From the NCBI GenBank assembly GCA_043228905.1, contig JBHGNT010000008.1:12896001-12960000 (forward strand): a stretch of 64,000 nucleotides of DNA, read 5' to 3'. Under the pieces are notes generated by a model. That model searched no databases, was not told the DNA's origin, and saw only the letters and a list, made by a program, of their open reading frames with translations. The DNA is from Azolla caroliniana (Eukaryota > Plantae > Polypodiophyta). How positions within the stretch are numbered: the stretch's first letter is position 1; every line of letters starts with the position of its first letter. Positions 13,525 through 25,812 of the stretch are shown in pieces. The translations under genes were made by a program, and so were the position numbers.

Positions 13525-13922
13525 GCGGCAAGCTCAACCGGAGCCGGATCGGCTGAATAAGCCTGAGCCGTTAAGCGAGAGGAATCGGTATGCCGGTGAG
13601 CAACCGAGCCGGTAAGCAGTAAGGACCGGTGAGCTGGGGAGCCAGTATGCCGGATCCAATCCGTAACTGGTAGCCTGGTATAGGTTAAACTACTAGGCAG
13701 TTATAGTCTCGTAGTTAGTGTCAGATGCTCGTGTGAGCATTGAAGTACACCGTACTTCTAACAGTCCCGTGTGGACTTGTATAAATAGCGCTGATGAGCG
13801 CGTTGTAGATATAGAGCACAGAGTATTCATATAATTTTTGAAAATAGTGTGTGTGTGTGTGTGTGTCTCTCTCTCTCTCTCTCTCTCTGTGTGTACTGTT
13901 CTTTCTAAAGCAATCTTTAACA
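13519..13922 (+). repeat. 3' LTR of element D
   Basis: TGTTGAG...TTTAACA; matches the sequence from 8004 onward. Confidence 0.95.
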
Positions 13923-14900
13923 GAAGTGTATGCTGCTCCCGAGTTGGCACAGTTCTCAGATTTCACTTTTCCGGCCACTAAACTTTGGCAATCGCTTAAA
14001 CCACATGTTTCGACTGTAGCTCATGAAGCTTTTGGAAGTTGATGTGGCTGATCTGCTTATGCCACAACTCGATGTCCGACTCAACCTTCTACCCTTTCGC
14101 GAACATAACGTTGTCGACATTATTCGTTTTGAGGATAAACATCCTCCCATCGCAATGCCCTTGCGCGATGACTTTGCCTTGAGATGTGTGAATCGGACTT
14201 GCATCCCTTGGTCGACAATCTGTCCAATTGAGACTAGACTTTTTGTGATTGTTGGGATGTGCAAGACGTTCATAAGCTTTCCCTTCCACCTGGTGTGGTT
14301 GAGGGGAACCTCATCGTTGTGCTCGATGGTATGCGGGGTGTCGTCTCCGGTTTTGACCACCCCCGGTTATTTCGGTTTTTCTAGATATGAAAACCACACT
14401 CCTTGTGGCTTGTCATCTGATTTGACACTCCCAAATCAACGTACCATACTTCATTCGGTTTTGAGGTGCTTGACTTCATCAAATTGGCCATGTGTTTCAT
14501 AACAAAGGTTGGGTCTGATCCATCTTCGGAACCGGATCCTTCCGGTCCTTTCACGTAGTGCGAGCTTTGGCGGCTTCCCTATCCGGCCTTGCCGGATCCG
14601 GATTTGTCCAAGTCGGTGTGGTTTTTCCAGCACTCGCTCTCTTTGTGGCCCTTCCGACCACAATACCAACATTTCGTTGTGCTCTTGTCTTGTCGGTTTT
14701 GGCGCCACTTTGACTCTCCCTGCTTCCGGAGGGTTCGAAACTGTTGTGGGCACCATCCTTGTGCCTTCGATTTTGCTCTTTTCGGTTGCTTCCACCGTGT
14801 GCCAATCCTCGTCATCCGCCACGAGTCTGGGGCCAATCTGCCTCACACCTTGCTGTTGGTGTGCGAGCTTGTTGATGCACCCGCGTGGTTCTCCTCTCCA

Positions 14901-16038
14901 AGCTAAGATATGCAATCCAAAAATTATGATTTTGAAACTCAGGGCAAGTGACATGAAGGAAAAAGAAAACTTGTGCCACAAATGAGGAACGCACACACAA
15001 GAGTGGGTCAGTAAATCAAAATGTTCATAGGTGGGTCCTGTGATATCGGAGTTTTGTGTTCAAACATGTGGATCGAAGCTAAAGGAGCAACCTATGATAT
15101 GGAATCGAAAGATAATGTTTTGGAAACTCAGGGCAAGACACATGAAGGAAAAAGAAAACTTGTGCCACAAATGAGGAACGCACACACAAGAGAGGGTCAG
15201 TAAATCCAAATGTTCATAGGTGGGTCCTGTGATATCGGATTTTTGTGTTCAAACATGCGGATCGAAGCTAATGGAGCAAACTATGATATGGAATCGAAAG
15301 ATAATGTTTTGGAAACTCAGGGCAAGACACATGAAGGAAAAAGAAAACTTGTGCCACAAATGAGGAACGCACACACAAGAGAGGGTCAGTAAATCCAAAT
15401 GTTCATAGGTGGGTCTTGTGATATCGGATTTTTGTGTTCAAACATGCGGATCGAAGCTAATGGAGAAAACTATGATATGTAATCGAAAAATCATGATTTT
15501 GAAACTCAGGCCAAGAGACATGAAGGAAAAAGTAAACTTGTGCCACAAATGAGGAACGCACACACAAGAGCAGGTCAGTAAATGAAAATGTTCATAGGTG
15601 GGTCCTGTGATATCGGATTTTTGTGTTCAAACATGTGGATCGAAGCTAATGGAGCAAGCTATGATATGTAATCAAAAAATCATGATTTTAAAACTCAGGG
15701 AAAGTGACATGAAGGAAATAGTAAACTTGTGCCACAAATGAGGAACGCACACACAAGACTGGGTGACTAAATTAAAATGTTCATTGGTGGCTCCTATGAT
15801 ATCGGATTTTTGTGTTCAAACATGCGGATCGAAGCTAATGGAGCAAGATATGATATGGAATTGAAAAATCATGATTTTGAAACTCAGGGAAAGAGACATG
15901 AAGGAAAAAGAAAACTTGTGCCACAAATGAGAAATGCACACACAAGAGCGGGTCAGTAAATGAAAATGTTCATAGGTGGCTCCTATAATATCGGATGTTT
16001 GTGTTCAAACATGCATATTCAAACTAAAGGAGCAAGCT
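14901..16038. repeat. Satellite array, 6 x 189-bp monomers, inside the gag of element C
   Basis: AAATGTTCAT(A/T)GG recurs at 15019, 15208, 15397, 15586, 15775 and 15964 (period 189). Confidence 0.97.
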
Positions 16039-16858
16039 TCCAGAGGGTTCGGAACTATTGTGGGCACCATCCTTGTGCCTTTGATTTTGCTCTTTTCGGC
16101 CGCTTCCACTGCGTGCCAATCCTCGTCATCCGCCACGAGTCTGGGGCCGATCCGCCTCACATCTTGCTGTCGGTGTGCGAGCATGTTGATGCACCCGCGT
16201 GGTTCTCCTCTCCAAGGAGCATCGACTGTAAGTCGAAAAACGAGGGCTTATTCTCCCTTGCACAGATTGTCGTCCGGAATGCTCCGAACTTTGACGCCAG
16301 GCCCCCGAGACAGACTTGCCCATCTCATCTTCCTCGACGGTCACATGATAGAGGCAAGTGAGTTGTCAATGTCTTTGATCTAGGCCGTGTAGTCGGCCTC
16401 CGACATGTCCTGTCAAACATTGCTCAACTCCTGTAAGAGTTGCAGCTTCCGGGCCGTGGTGCGTGCGGCGAAGAACTTTTTCATGTTTCCCCAAGCTTTT
16501 TTTGGCGTCTTGACGTCCCGAATATGGCTGAGTAGCTGATCCCTAAGACTAGACGTGAAGGAGTACATTACCCTGCTTGCCGCTTGTTTCCAAGCCGAGA
16601 AGTCCCTGTGTACCACATCAAGTGCCATGTCGTTAGCTCTGTCGACATAACTCCAGTAACCATGTCCGAGTAGGTACTGTTGCATCTTGTATGACCAAGA
16701 TGCGTAGTTGGATCTGTGGAGCTTCTCCGTCAAGAGCAAGCGAACCATTCCTTTATCCATTCTAACCTTTGTTTTCTGTTCTCTACCGGGTGTTAGGGTT
16801 TGTCTTCCGAAATTGTTCGTCGGCTGCAGAGGTTCTCAACCCTCGCACTCTGATACCA

Positions 16859-17306
16859 TGTAAAGGTTAATTTTTGAGAAGCTTAGATAAACCGGTTCAG
16901 CTGGATAACAACAATAAAACAGAAATGAAGATTTAATGGAAGCTTAAGAATACACAGTACACGGGAGAGACAGAGAGAGCAGAATAGTATAAACTCTATT
17001 CAATATAATAACACTCTGTGTACATACAATGTGCTATGAGAGCACTTTTATACAAGTCCTTAAAAGGACTGATAGAAGTACTGACAAGTACTTCAATGCT
17101 CATACGAGCGATTGACACTGACTTCTAAAAATATGCCTACGTACTAGGCTAGATTTGTAGGCCTCTCACGTCCTACAGGTTACAATCCGATCCCGCTCTT
17201 GGTTCCGGATACCATCTAGACACTGATCCGGTTCTTCATTCCGGACTCCAATCAGGCTCTGCCTTGTTCAGCCGATCCGGATCCGGTTGAGCTTGTCCGA
17301 TCAACA
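16859..17306 (-). repeat. 5' LTR of element C, followed by an iMet PBS
   Basis: Direct repeat of 4293-4739; adjacent CTCTGATACCA. Confidence 0.92.
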
Positions 17307-18111
17307 GATAATGACAATACTTTCTTCATCCATTTTTTAAAATTTATCACCAGCCTTTTTATGGTTTTCCGCATCCACTAGTAGTAGTTGGAGTTCCGTC
17401 ACTTGTTTTGACCATTGATTGCACAGTGCCGCCAAACAATCATCTATCCTGGTCTTCGTCTGGTTCCTCCATGCTTCGACGATCATCCGTATTCTCCGGA
17501 TGCCTAGTTTTACTTTGTCTACTTTGGCCTCCTTTTCGTTCTCTAGCATTTTGATGAGCTTTGCCGTTGCCATTGCTTGTACTTCTTATTTCATAAGATT
17601 TGTTTGATAGGTCATTTGCACCCTATCCAACACCTCTTTGCCCGTTCTAACTCCTGATAGTGCTGCAACGCCTCCCACATGCGTTCTTTCGATGCCTCCT
17701 CCAACGCCTTTGTTGTTGCCTCAACCATCATCTTTCCTTGATTTGCCAGCACCTCCGTCTTTTCTTTTAACTTCGGTCTGGGCCTCCTTGAGCTTCTCTT
17801 GCTACTGGTCATAATCCGACCCCAATTTCTTGTGTTCCGCCTCCAACTGCTTATGGTCCCGGTATAACTTCTCGAAGTCATCCACTTTCTGCTTTAGGCA
17901 CCGGTTGGCCTGTGACCATAACCGATCATCCCAATCCTTCTGCTGCTGGATCTCTTCCTTCAACCTTTTGATCTCTGTCTCCACCATCCTCCTCAGCTTA
18001 TCCTTCTCTTGTAGTAGGCTATCCTTCTCATCCTTCAACCAGTCATAACTTCCCTGAAGCTTCTAGAGACTCTCTTCGGTTCTCCTCTTCTCCTCCTCTA
18101 CTGTGTTCCTC

Positions 18112-18161
<50 letters not shown>

Positions 18162-18644
18162 GCCTCTTGATCGGCCAACTCGTCGTTTAGCATTTGCAAT
18201 TCATTTTCCTGCTCACATTCTTTTACCGGTTGTGCTAGCCACTCGTTCTGCTTCTTTTTCCGGAGCTTCCTTCTGTAAATTTTCCACTTCCACCGGCTCC
18301 GTTTCTTGGTGGTTGTTGTGGCCCATATTCACCATGATGGCCACTAGTTCTTTGGCCCTTGCCAACTCCTCTTCCAAACTCTGGATCTTATTCCGGGCTT
18401 TTTCCAATTCTTTGGTTGTTGTCAACAACCATTCTGTCTATTTCTGTTGCATCCGTTGTTTTGTTTCCATTTGGTCAGCCACACCGAAAACCTGCTTCCC
18501 AAGCCACTCCAACCATTGACGGTAGGTTCCGTGTTGTGTGAGCACAACGAACTGCTCTATTGGCTCCGACATCAGTTCTTGCTCCTCTTTGAACCCCTGT
18601 GTAACCAGCTCTTCTTGTTCTAGTGTCTGTTTCGGTTGGTGCTG
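17307..18644 (-). pseudogene. Middle part of coiled-coil extra ORF2 (N-terminal part 22985-23433, C-terminal part ~3880-4292)
   Basis: E/K/Q-rich heptad fragments (ORFs 18213-18428, 17802-18038, 17337-17573); reading continues across the TSDs of elements E and C. Confidence 0.65.
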
Positions 18645-19950
18645 TGTGCGAAATAGTGCTCGGCCACAACTGAGTCATATTCACTCAATGGAAGAAACAA
18701 AATAGAAATGAACATTGATGCACTTACACAGAATGAGATGACACCAGATATTATCGTGGGAAACCGTAATCGAGAAAAACCACGAGAGCCCACAGACCCC
18801 AACAATCACTATGAGAGGAAAGGTACAATGCGTGACTCAGAGGCAACGACCTCGAGCTCTATGTCTTTGCCAACCGACGGTTACAACAAAGAATACATTC
18901 TATTTCTCTCTTGCTCTCTTGCTCTCTCTATCTCTCTACATCTCTGTATCTCTGTATCTCTCTCTATACAATGATGCAACAACCTTAATACACTATTTTC
19001 CCTAGTTATATTTATACTCATATAACTTACGAGCTATTTTCCCAGATTGCTCATGAACCGGTTGACCACGCCGACTGTGTATCCTATGTCCGGTTGTGTA
19101 GACACCATTGCATACATCAAGCTTTCGACTACAGAGGCATACAATACCTTTTTCATCTCCGCTTTCTCCGCCTTTGTCTTCGGACTTTGCTTTGCGGACA
19201 TCTTGCAATTTGCCGGAAGTGTTGACCCAAGCAGCTTGGCATCCAACATGCTGAACCTTTGAAACACCTTTGTCACATACGTCTCTTGTGACAACCACAA
19301 TAGCTTCTTTGTCCGATCACGGAATATGTGCATACCCAATATCTGTCTCATCGGATCCAAATCTTTCATTGAGAAGGTTCGGTTCAAGGCCTTCTTCAGA
19401 TTTCTGATTCGGATCCGGTCCGGTTTGATGATGAGCATGTCATCCACATACAACAAGAGTATCAAGAAGTGGCCTTCATCAAATTTCTTCACAAACACGT
19501 TGTGGTTGGCCTGCGTCTTGTGGTGTGCTTGATGGGTCATGAAGGAGTCGATCTTCTGGTACCATTGCCGGGGAGCTTGCTTCAATCCATATAAGCTCTT
19601 CTTCAACTGACATACTAGGTGTTCCTTCCCTTTCTTGACAAACCCCTCCGGTTGTTGCATGTAGATCTCTTCTTCGAGGTCACCATGAAGGAATGCCGAG
19701 CTTTGTATCTCTTTGGAATTCTGGCATCTCCCAGTTTCAGCTTGTACATCCACTTGTTCCAGAGCGCTCTCTTTCCCTTCGACAGCTCTGTCAATTCGTA
19801 TGTGTGGTTCTCATGCATTGAATCCATCTCATCATGCATGACACTTAACCACTAGCGGTTGTGGGTGTCTTTCTTTACTTCTTCAAAGCTTTTCGGCTCC
19901 CCCTCGTCAATCAATAAGACATGCTCTACATCAGGAAATCTCCAGGGGGC

Positions 19951-19988
<38 letters not shown>

Positions 19989-22984
19989 GAGTATCTCCAT
20001 CCTTGGTTTCCGACCACCAGTTCCTCCATCTATTCTTCATCCGAATCCCATTCGGGGTCTTGTCCGGTTCTGGTGTCTAATTCTTCTTCGTCGGTTGGTT
20101 CAGTTTCTTGTCCGACTCCAGCCGGTTCTTCGAATGTCTATCTGCCTTCCGGCCAGATGGGTCCTTGCATCTTCCGACCGATCTTTGTCGGTCAGCCCGG
20201 AGTTCATTGTCTTCCTTTTTGATTCTCATTCAACAATGGTCTTATCTTCCACAAAGACTATATCTCGACTCCGGAAAACCTTCTTGTCGATCAAGTCCCA
20301 CACTTGATAGCCGAATTCATCATTGTCGTATCCAAGAAATATGCATGGCCGAGATTTCGGGTCCATTTTCACTCTCTTGTCCTTCGCTACATGTATGTAG
20401 CCAAGACAACCAAACACCTTCAAGTGTCGGTAAGACAAGTCTTTACCGGTCCAAACTCTCTGTGGTGTGTTTCCATCCAAGGGTGTTGAGGGTGATCTTT
20501 TTATCACATATGTCGCTGCCATTAGCGCCTCAGCCCACAACGTCTTGGACAACGTGGCATGTGCAAGCATGCACTGGACTCTCTCCATCACAATCCGGTT
20601 CATCCTTTTAGCTAATCCGTTCAGCTTCGGTGTCTTCAGCACAGTAAATTCGAGCCGGATTCCCTTCGACCGACAGTACTCCTCGAACTGCCCCCGATAT
20701 TCGCCTCCATTGTCCGCTTGGATTGCCTTTAACTTCTGACGGGTTTCCCTTTCCACTCCGTCAAGATTGATAGTACTTGGTTCTTTGTCTTCAATAGTGA
20801 GACCCACAACTTCTGGCTATGGTCGTCTATGAACATCACGAAGTACTACGACCCAACATGTGACTTCGTGTCCACTTGGCATATGTCGGTGTGCACAAGT
20901 TCCAACGATGCATTCCGTCTCGACGGTGGTCGGGTTCAGAAGGAGGTTCAGTTTTGCTTGCTGGCCAAGAAATCGGTGCATTTCTCAAGATGCACATCTT
21001 TCACCTCTAGAATGAGGTTATCTTCAGCAACTCTTCGCATCCCTTTTTGGCTCATGTGACACAACCTTTTGTGCCACAACTCACCGGCGATGTCGGATGC
21101 CACATTCACTTCCTCCCAAAAAATCTGGGCATGCATAAGTTATAGCGTGTTGATCTTCCGGGCTTGGGCCATGATCAGGCTTCCTTTGCAAAACGTCATG
21201 ACTCCATTCCGGATGCTACCCATGTAGCCTTCATCATCTAGCCGACCGGCTGATATCAGGTTCAACCGAACCTCCGGAACGTGTCCGACATCTTTCAATT
21301 ACAACTTGCACCTGGTTGATATCATAAACCACATGTCTCCTATGCTGAAAATTCGGCATGCACCTTCATTTCCCATCCTGACAAAACCGTGATCTCCGGC
21401 TCTGTAAGATGAGAGGCACTTTCGGTCGGGGGTTAGATGGAACGACGCTCCGGAGTCGACCACCCATGTGGTCTCGTCGTTGACGAGGTGCAACTCATTT
21501 TACTCGGTGATGAGCAATAGTTCTTCCTCACTTGTCGCGATTGTCGACGTTCCTTTCCGATCCGAACTCCTCCGGTCTGGACCCTTCTTTGAATTGACAC
21601 TATTGGTTCCTTTCTCCTTCTGGAAGTGTTGGCAATTCTTCTAGAAATGCCCCAGATTCCCATAGTAGAAGCACATGGACCCCCCCTTGACTTCGACCTC
21701 GTCCAGGATTTGTCCTGGTTCTGGGGACTCCGATTCTAGCCTCTTCCCCGGTTGTGGTCGTCTTCCGTAACCAAGCCCTTCGGATCGGTTCCGGATTCCC
21801 GGTCCTTCCGGTGAGCTTCTTCATTCAAGAAGCTTGATTTTACCCTTGCTAGAGAAAGATGGTTTCCTTCCGGCCCGACGTTGCCCAAGGTGACAATTAG
21901 CGTTTCCCAACTATCCGGGAGGGAACCGAGTAGCAACAACACGAGTACCTCGTCGACTACAGGTACTTCCAACAAGATTGTTTGGTTTATAAGCCCTTGG
22001 AATGCATTCATGTGTTTCATCATGTTGGATCTGTCTTGGTATCAGAGTCTCACTAACTTCCAGAATAATGAGACCTGATTTATGACATTCTTGCTCTCCA
22101 GCATGGTACCGATTTTCTCCTAGAGCACATGAGCCTTACTTTCTTCATTGAAGTTTTTGTACAAGCTCATGTCGATGAAGCTTTGAATGTATGCCGTCAT
22201 TTTCATATGCATTGCTTCCCAAGTAACAACATCGATCTTGTCCGGTCTTTTGTCCCCAAACTGTACCGCCAACCACAGATCTTTGATCACCAACATGTCC
22301 CTCATCTTCGACTTCAACTCTGGGTAGTTGGAGACGGTGATCTTGAACATGTTGCCGAATAGGTCTTCCATGGTCTGATACCAGTTTGTGCCGAATAGTT
22401 CTCTGCCACAACCGAGTCTTACTCACTCAATGGAAGAAACAAAACATAAATGAAGATTGATGCACTTACATAGAATGAGACGACACTAGATTTTATCGTG
22501 GAAAACCCTAATAGGGAAAAACCATGGGAGACCACAGACTCCAACTATCACTATGACAAGAAAGGTACAATGCGAGACTCAGGGGCAACGACCTCCAGCT
22601 CTATGTCTTCGCCAACTGGTGGTTACAATAGAGAATACTTCCTATTTCTCTCTCACTTTCTCTCCCTGGCTCTCTATATCTCTCTCTATACAACGATGCA
22701 ACAACCTTAATACACTATTTTCCCTAGTTATATTTATACTCATATAACTTACAGGCTATTTACAAGTATGACCTCAACGGTCACGTATGAACATATTTAC
22801 AAATATTTTCCTACTTGCTGGTTCATACCGGATCCGACCAAACTCCTTCCGGATCCATCAGATCCGGTATCCGGTATCTGGATACCTTCCGGATCCATCC
22901 GGTCTGGTTCCTCCCTTCGTCCCATATGATTCGCCTCGTCCGGTTCTCATCTGGATCCCATCCGGAGGGACCCGTTCCCCAACA
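18645..22984 (-). mobile_element. Tork-like Copia element E with internal deletions and a truncated 3' LTR
   Basis: 5' LTR 22387-22984; 3' LTR remnant 18645-~19038 fused to RT; PBS 22375-22383; gag, protease (WVVDSGASFH), INT and RT fragments; degenerate TSD TGCTG/CGTTG. Confidence 0.88.
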
Positions 22985-23433
22985 CGTTGTTCATGCTATA
23001 GTTGCGTCTAAAGACCCGATGATGTATGTCGTTCCTTCTCTGGTTTTGGCCTTTCTGTTGCCTCTACCTCTGGTCTTGGCTCGACCACATGTTGCTCAGT
23101 TGTGCGTCTCCTTGGATGTCGCTGGAGGTGTTCTTCTTCTACCTCTTCCTCCTCTTCCATGGTTTCCTAGTTAACCTTTGGTACTGGTTCTGGTTGTTCC
23201 CTGTCATGTCGGCACAACTTTATCTTAATCGGTTTCGTCGATTTCTCCACCGTCACTTCTCTCAGGGCTCCGGAACGGATTCTGTCTGTCGGGACGTTTC
23301 CTCTACTTTCCATCCAGGGGTATGTTTGGCCAGGAGTTGCTACCGTTTGGATGACTTGTTCAACTTGGTCTCCTACCGTGTCCGTTTCTTTGGTTGGATG
23401 GCGCGTGTTGGTGGTAGTAGCACCATAAGCCAT
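22985..23433 (-). pseudogene. N-terminal part of coiled-coil extra ORF2
   Basis: ATG at 23433 downstream of a TATA-containing spacer (TATATAAA at ~23765-23772, minus strand); continues at 18644 once element E is removed. Confidence 0.5.
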
Positions 23434-23946
23434 TGTGCTAATTGTTACCGATTAGGAACACAACCCACCCTTAGTCCTTCGGGGTAGGTTTCAAGGTGAT
23501 CGTGGTGCAAGGGAAGAGGAATACGTAGTGCGTTGATCGTAAGAACGTTACGCAGTAGAGCGGAACAACAGAGCGTCAAGAGAGACAGCTACAACCAAAC
23601 CTTACGCACACACACTTACCCCACGCTTACTGCTACACAGTCATGTACAGAGAAAAAGAAGGGCAGACAAGAGACCATTAGGCGGCATACGAAGATCAGA
23701 GAAGACAGAAACTATATTAGCGTTGCTCTCAAAAGTATCCTACCCTTTATAATGTTCTTTCACCCTTTATATACAAAGGGCTTCTGATCGGTTATGTTTC
23801 TTGCGTGAACCGTTACATGTGTTACTTTAACGCCCTTGATATAATAATCTATTTACAATGTGTTATGGCCGACGGTTACAATTCCGGCAGACAACACCTG
23901 GCACGCCTGTGGGACAGTGCCATGGCACGTCGAACCCATCCTCTTT

Positions 23947-25812
23947 CTATTCATCATTCAAAATGTCGAGGATGTTCGGCTCTGGTCGTTCGTCATTTAC
24001 CGGAGGTGGCGTGATGTGAGTGGGTGTTCCGCTATTTTGTTCGGTTGGCGCATCGGTCTCTGTGTTGTCTTCTTCACGCAGCTTCGTCGTGGTGGGCTCC
24101 GTTGGTACACAGTCCGGGACATTTCCTTGTGGCTTTGGCGATGGCTCTTTCTGGCTTGGGCAAGCGTCTGGGCATGACTCTTCTCTGCCAGTATCGTCCG
24201 TGGGGTTGATCGGCGTAGTTGTTACCTTAGGCGCGTTGTTTGGATTAGGCTGAGGCTCATTGCGCTTGGCGGAGTCGCTGTCTGGTACTGTAATAGCTCC
24301 CGCTTTTTTCAATTCCTCCACCCTCTAATGCTCGCTACTGATCTCCATCACCTGGTGGAAGATATCTTCTTGACTTTCCCCAAAATCTTCTAGCTGCTGT
24401 GTGAGTTCCTTAGAATGCTACTCGACAAGCGTTTGATAATCCCGTGCGAGGTCTTCTCGAACTGCGGCAATGCTCTCCTCATTTAACTTATAGAAGACTT
24501 TACCTTCTTTGCACTGATTTTCCCAGTCCACTCGGTAGGTGTGGAGTTTGGCCGCTTGTTTTGCCGATCTAGTCCAGCCTTTGTCCAATGCTACTTGCAG
24601 CTGCGCCGTAAACCGTTCCTGCTTTGTTTGGAGGAGGGTGCGTATACGATCCATGCTCCAAGTTGTGCATGCCTGTAAGTCCTCCAAAGCCTTCTGGAGG
24701 TTCTCTATTTTCCACTTGTTGGCCACTGCTGCCTCTTCATAGTGCGTCTTTAGTTGGGCCCATATTTTCGACTCCTTCTCATGGAGCTGCTCCAGCCGGT
24801 CCATCACGTTGTTGAGGCGAATCTCGACACCTCGACTGAGTTGACGCTCATTCTCGATTTTTTTGTCATACTAGTCGTGTGCTTTTTCTGGGTCGCTTCT
24901 CTTAACGTCGTAATGAGATTGTCCTTTTGGATTCCTTCTTCATGAAGCTTGTCCCTCTCTTCCGTCGTTTGGCCATGTGTTGTGATTTCGGCGTCGAGCT
25001 TCTCCCGAATCATCTTAGCGGCCTTGCGCCCTTTTGCTCAGATGTCTACCTCTTTGTCGGAGGACTGGCGGAGTTCTGCACAGAGGCGATCAATCTTTGT
25101 CTCAGCTAACTGCATAACCTTTTTCGCTTTTGCGGTTACTTTGGTTTGAGCTTTGACCTCTTCCTGTAAAGTCTTCAATTCGTCATCATTGGAGGTAGGC
25201 CCCGGGGTTTTGTTACGTAGTAGTTTGTATTGCTCTCCAATTGCACAATGTGCTCCTATGCCTTATTTAGTTGGTCCTGAGTTAGCTTAATTGTCTTCCA
25301 TACATTTTTATTTTTAATTGCCATATCCTTGACACCTAGACTGACCTTTGCCAACTCTCTGTGCACTTCTACTAAGGCCGCATTCAGTGGAGGCAATTCA
25401 ATGCCGACACGGCAGACCCCCGCATTATGCTTCTAGCCCACTTTGTTGTTCTTGTCAGTGCACGCTCAATCATTTGTTGTTCGGTGTGCTCTTCGGCCAT
25501 TCTCTGGGACACCTTGATCTGTTGTGTCGCCAAGAATTCCATGATTTCGTATGTCGTCCCAAATTGTAATACTGCGCCGAACTCATGGGCCGTGTCTGGA
25601 ATGTTAAGATATTTCAGGACTTCGTTTTCTGCTATTAGCCCACCTTTGCCATGCTGAGAGTGAGCTGTAATGATTGGTTGCGGCTCGCGGATTATCTCAA
25701 GTGTGGTCGTGGGCTCTGTGGGGGCAGAAGTTTCAATTGGTGCGACTTTATGTTTGACTAGTTTGCGTGCATCTTTCCGATCTAATCTTCGACACTTGGG
25801 CCTGCCGTCCAA
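23947..25812 (-). pseudogene. Coiled-coil extra ORF1 (about 600 codons, with stops and frameshifts), paralog of ORF2
   Basis: Chained fragments 25384-25812, 24804-25013, 24418-24807 and 23947-24321; gapless similarity to ORF2. Confidence 0.65.

Larger units (their letters stand above)
8004..13922 (+). mobile_element. Copia family B element D, near-complete, inserted just upstream of the integrase core of C
   Basis: Perfect TSD GAAGT (7999-8003 and 13923-13927); LTRs from 8004 and 13519 differ at only a few percent of sites; PPT 13509-13518. Confidence 0.96.
4293..17306 (-). mobile_element. Copia family B element C (degenerate, full-length; hosts element D and a satellite array)
   Basis: LTR pair 4293-4739 and 16859-17306 (roughly 10% diverged by manual count); TSD GATAG/GATAA; PBS TGGTATCAGAG at 16848-16858; PPT 4740-4752; gag from 16760; INT ~7250-8003; RT/RNase H ~5270-6850. 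Confidence 0.93.

Noticed and set aside
13785-13850. CTGATGA hammerhead-like core in the D LTRs (also near 8276), i.e. a retrozyme
   Set aside because: No stem II closing onto GAAA and no stem III/cleavage triplet could be formed; only a small GCGC hairpin
14901-16038. CRISPR-like array, or repeated 60-aa peptide genes (MFIGGSCDIG...)
   Set aside because: Whole monomers repeat with no unique spacers and there are no cas genes; the small ORF is broken by stops in other monomers and is expected from a 189-bp (3n) unit
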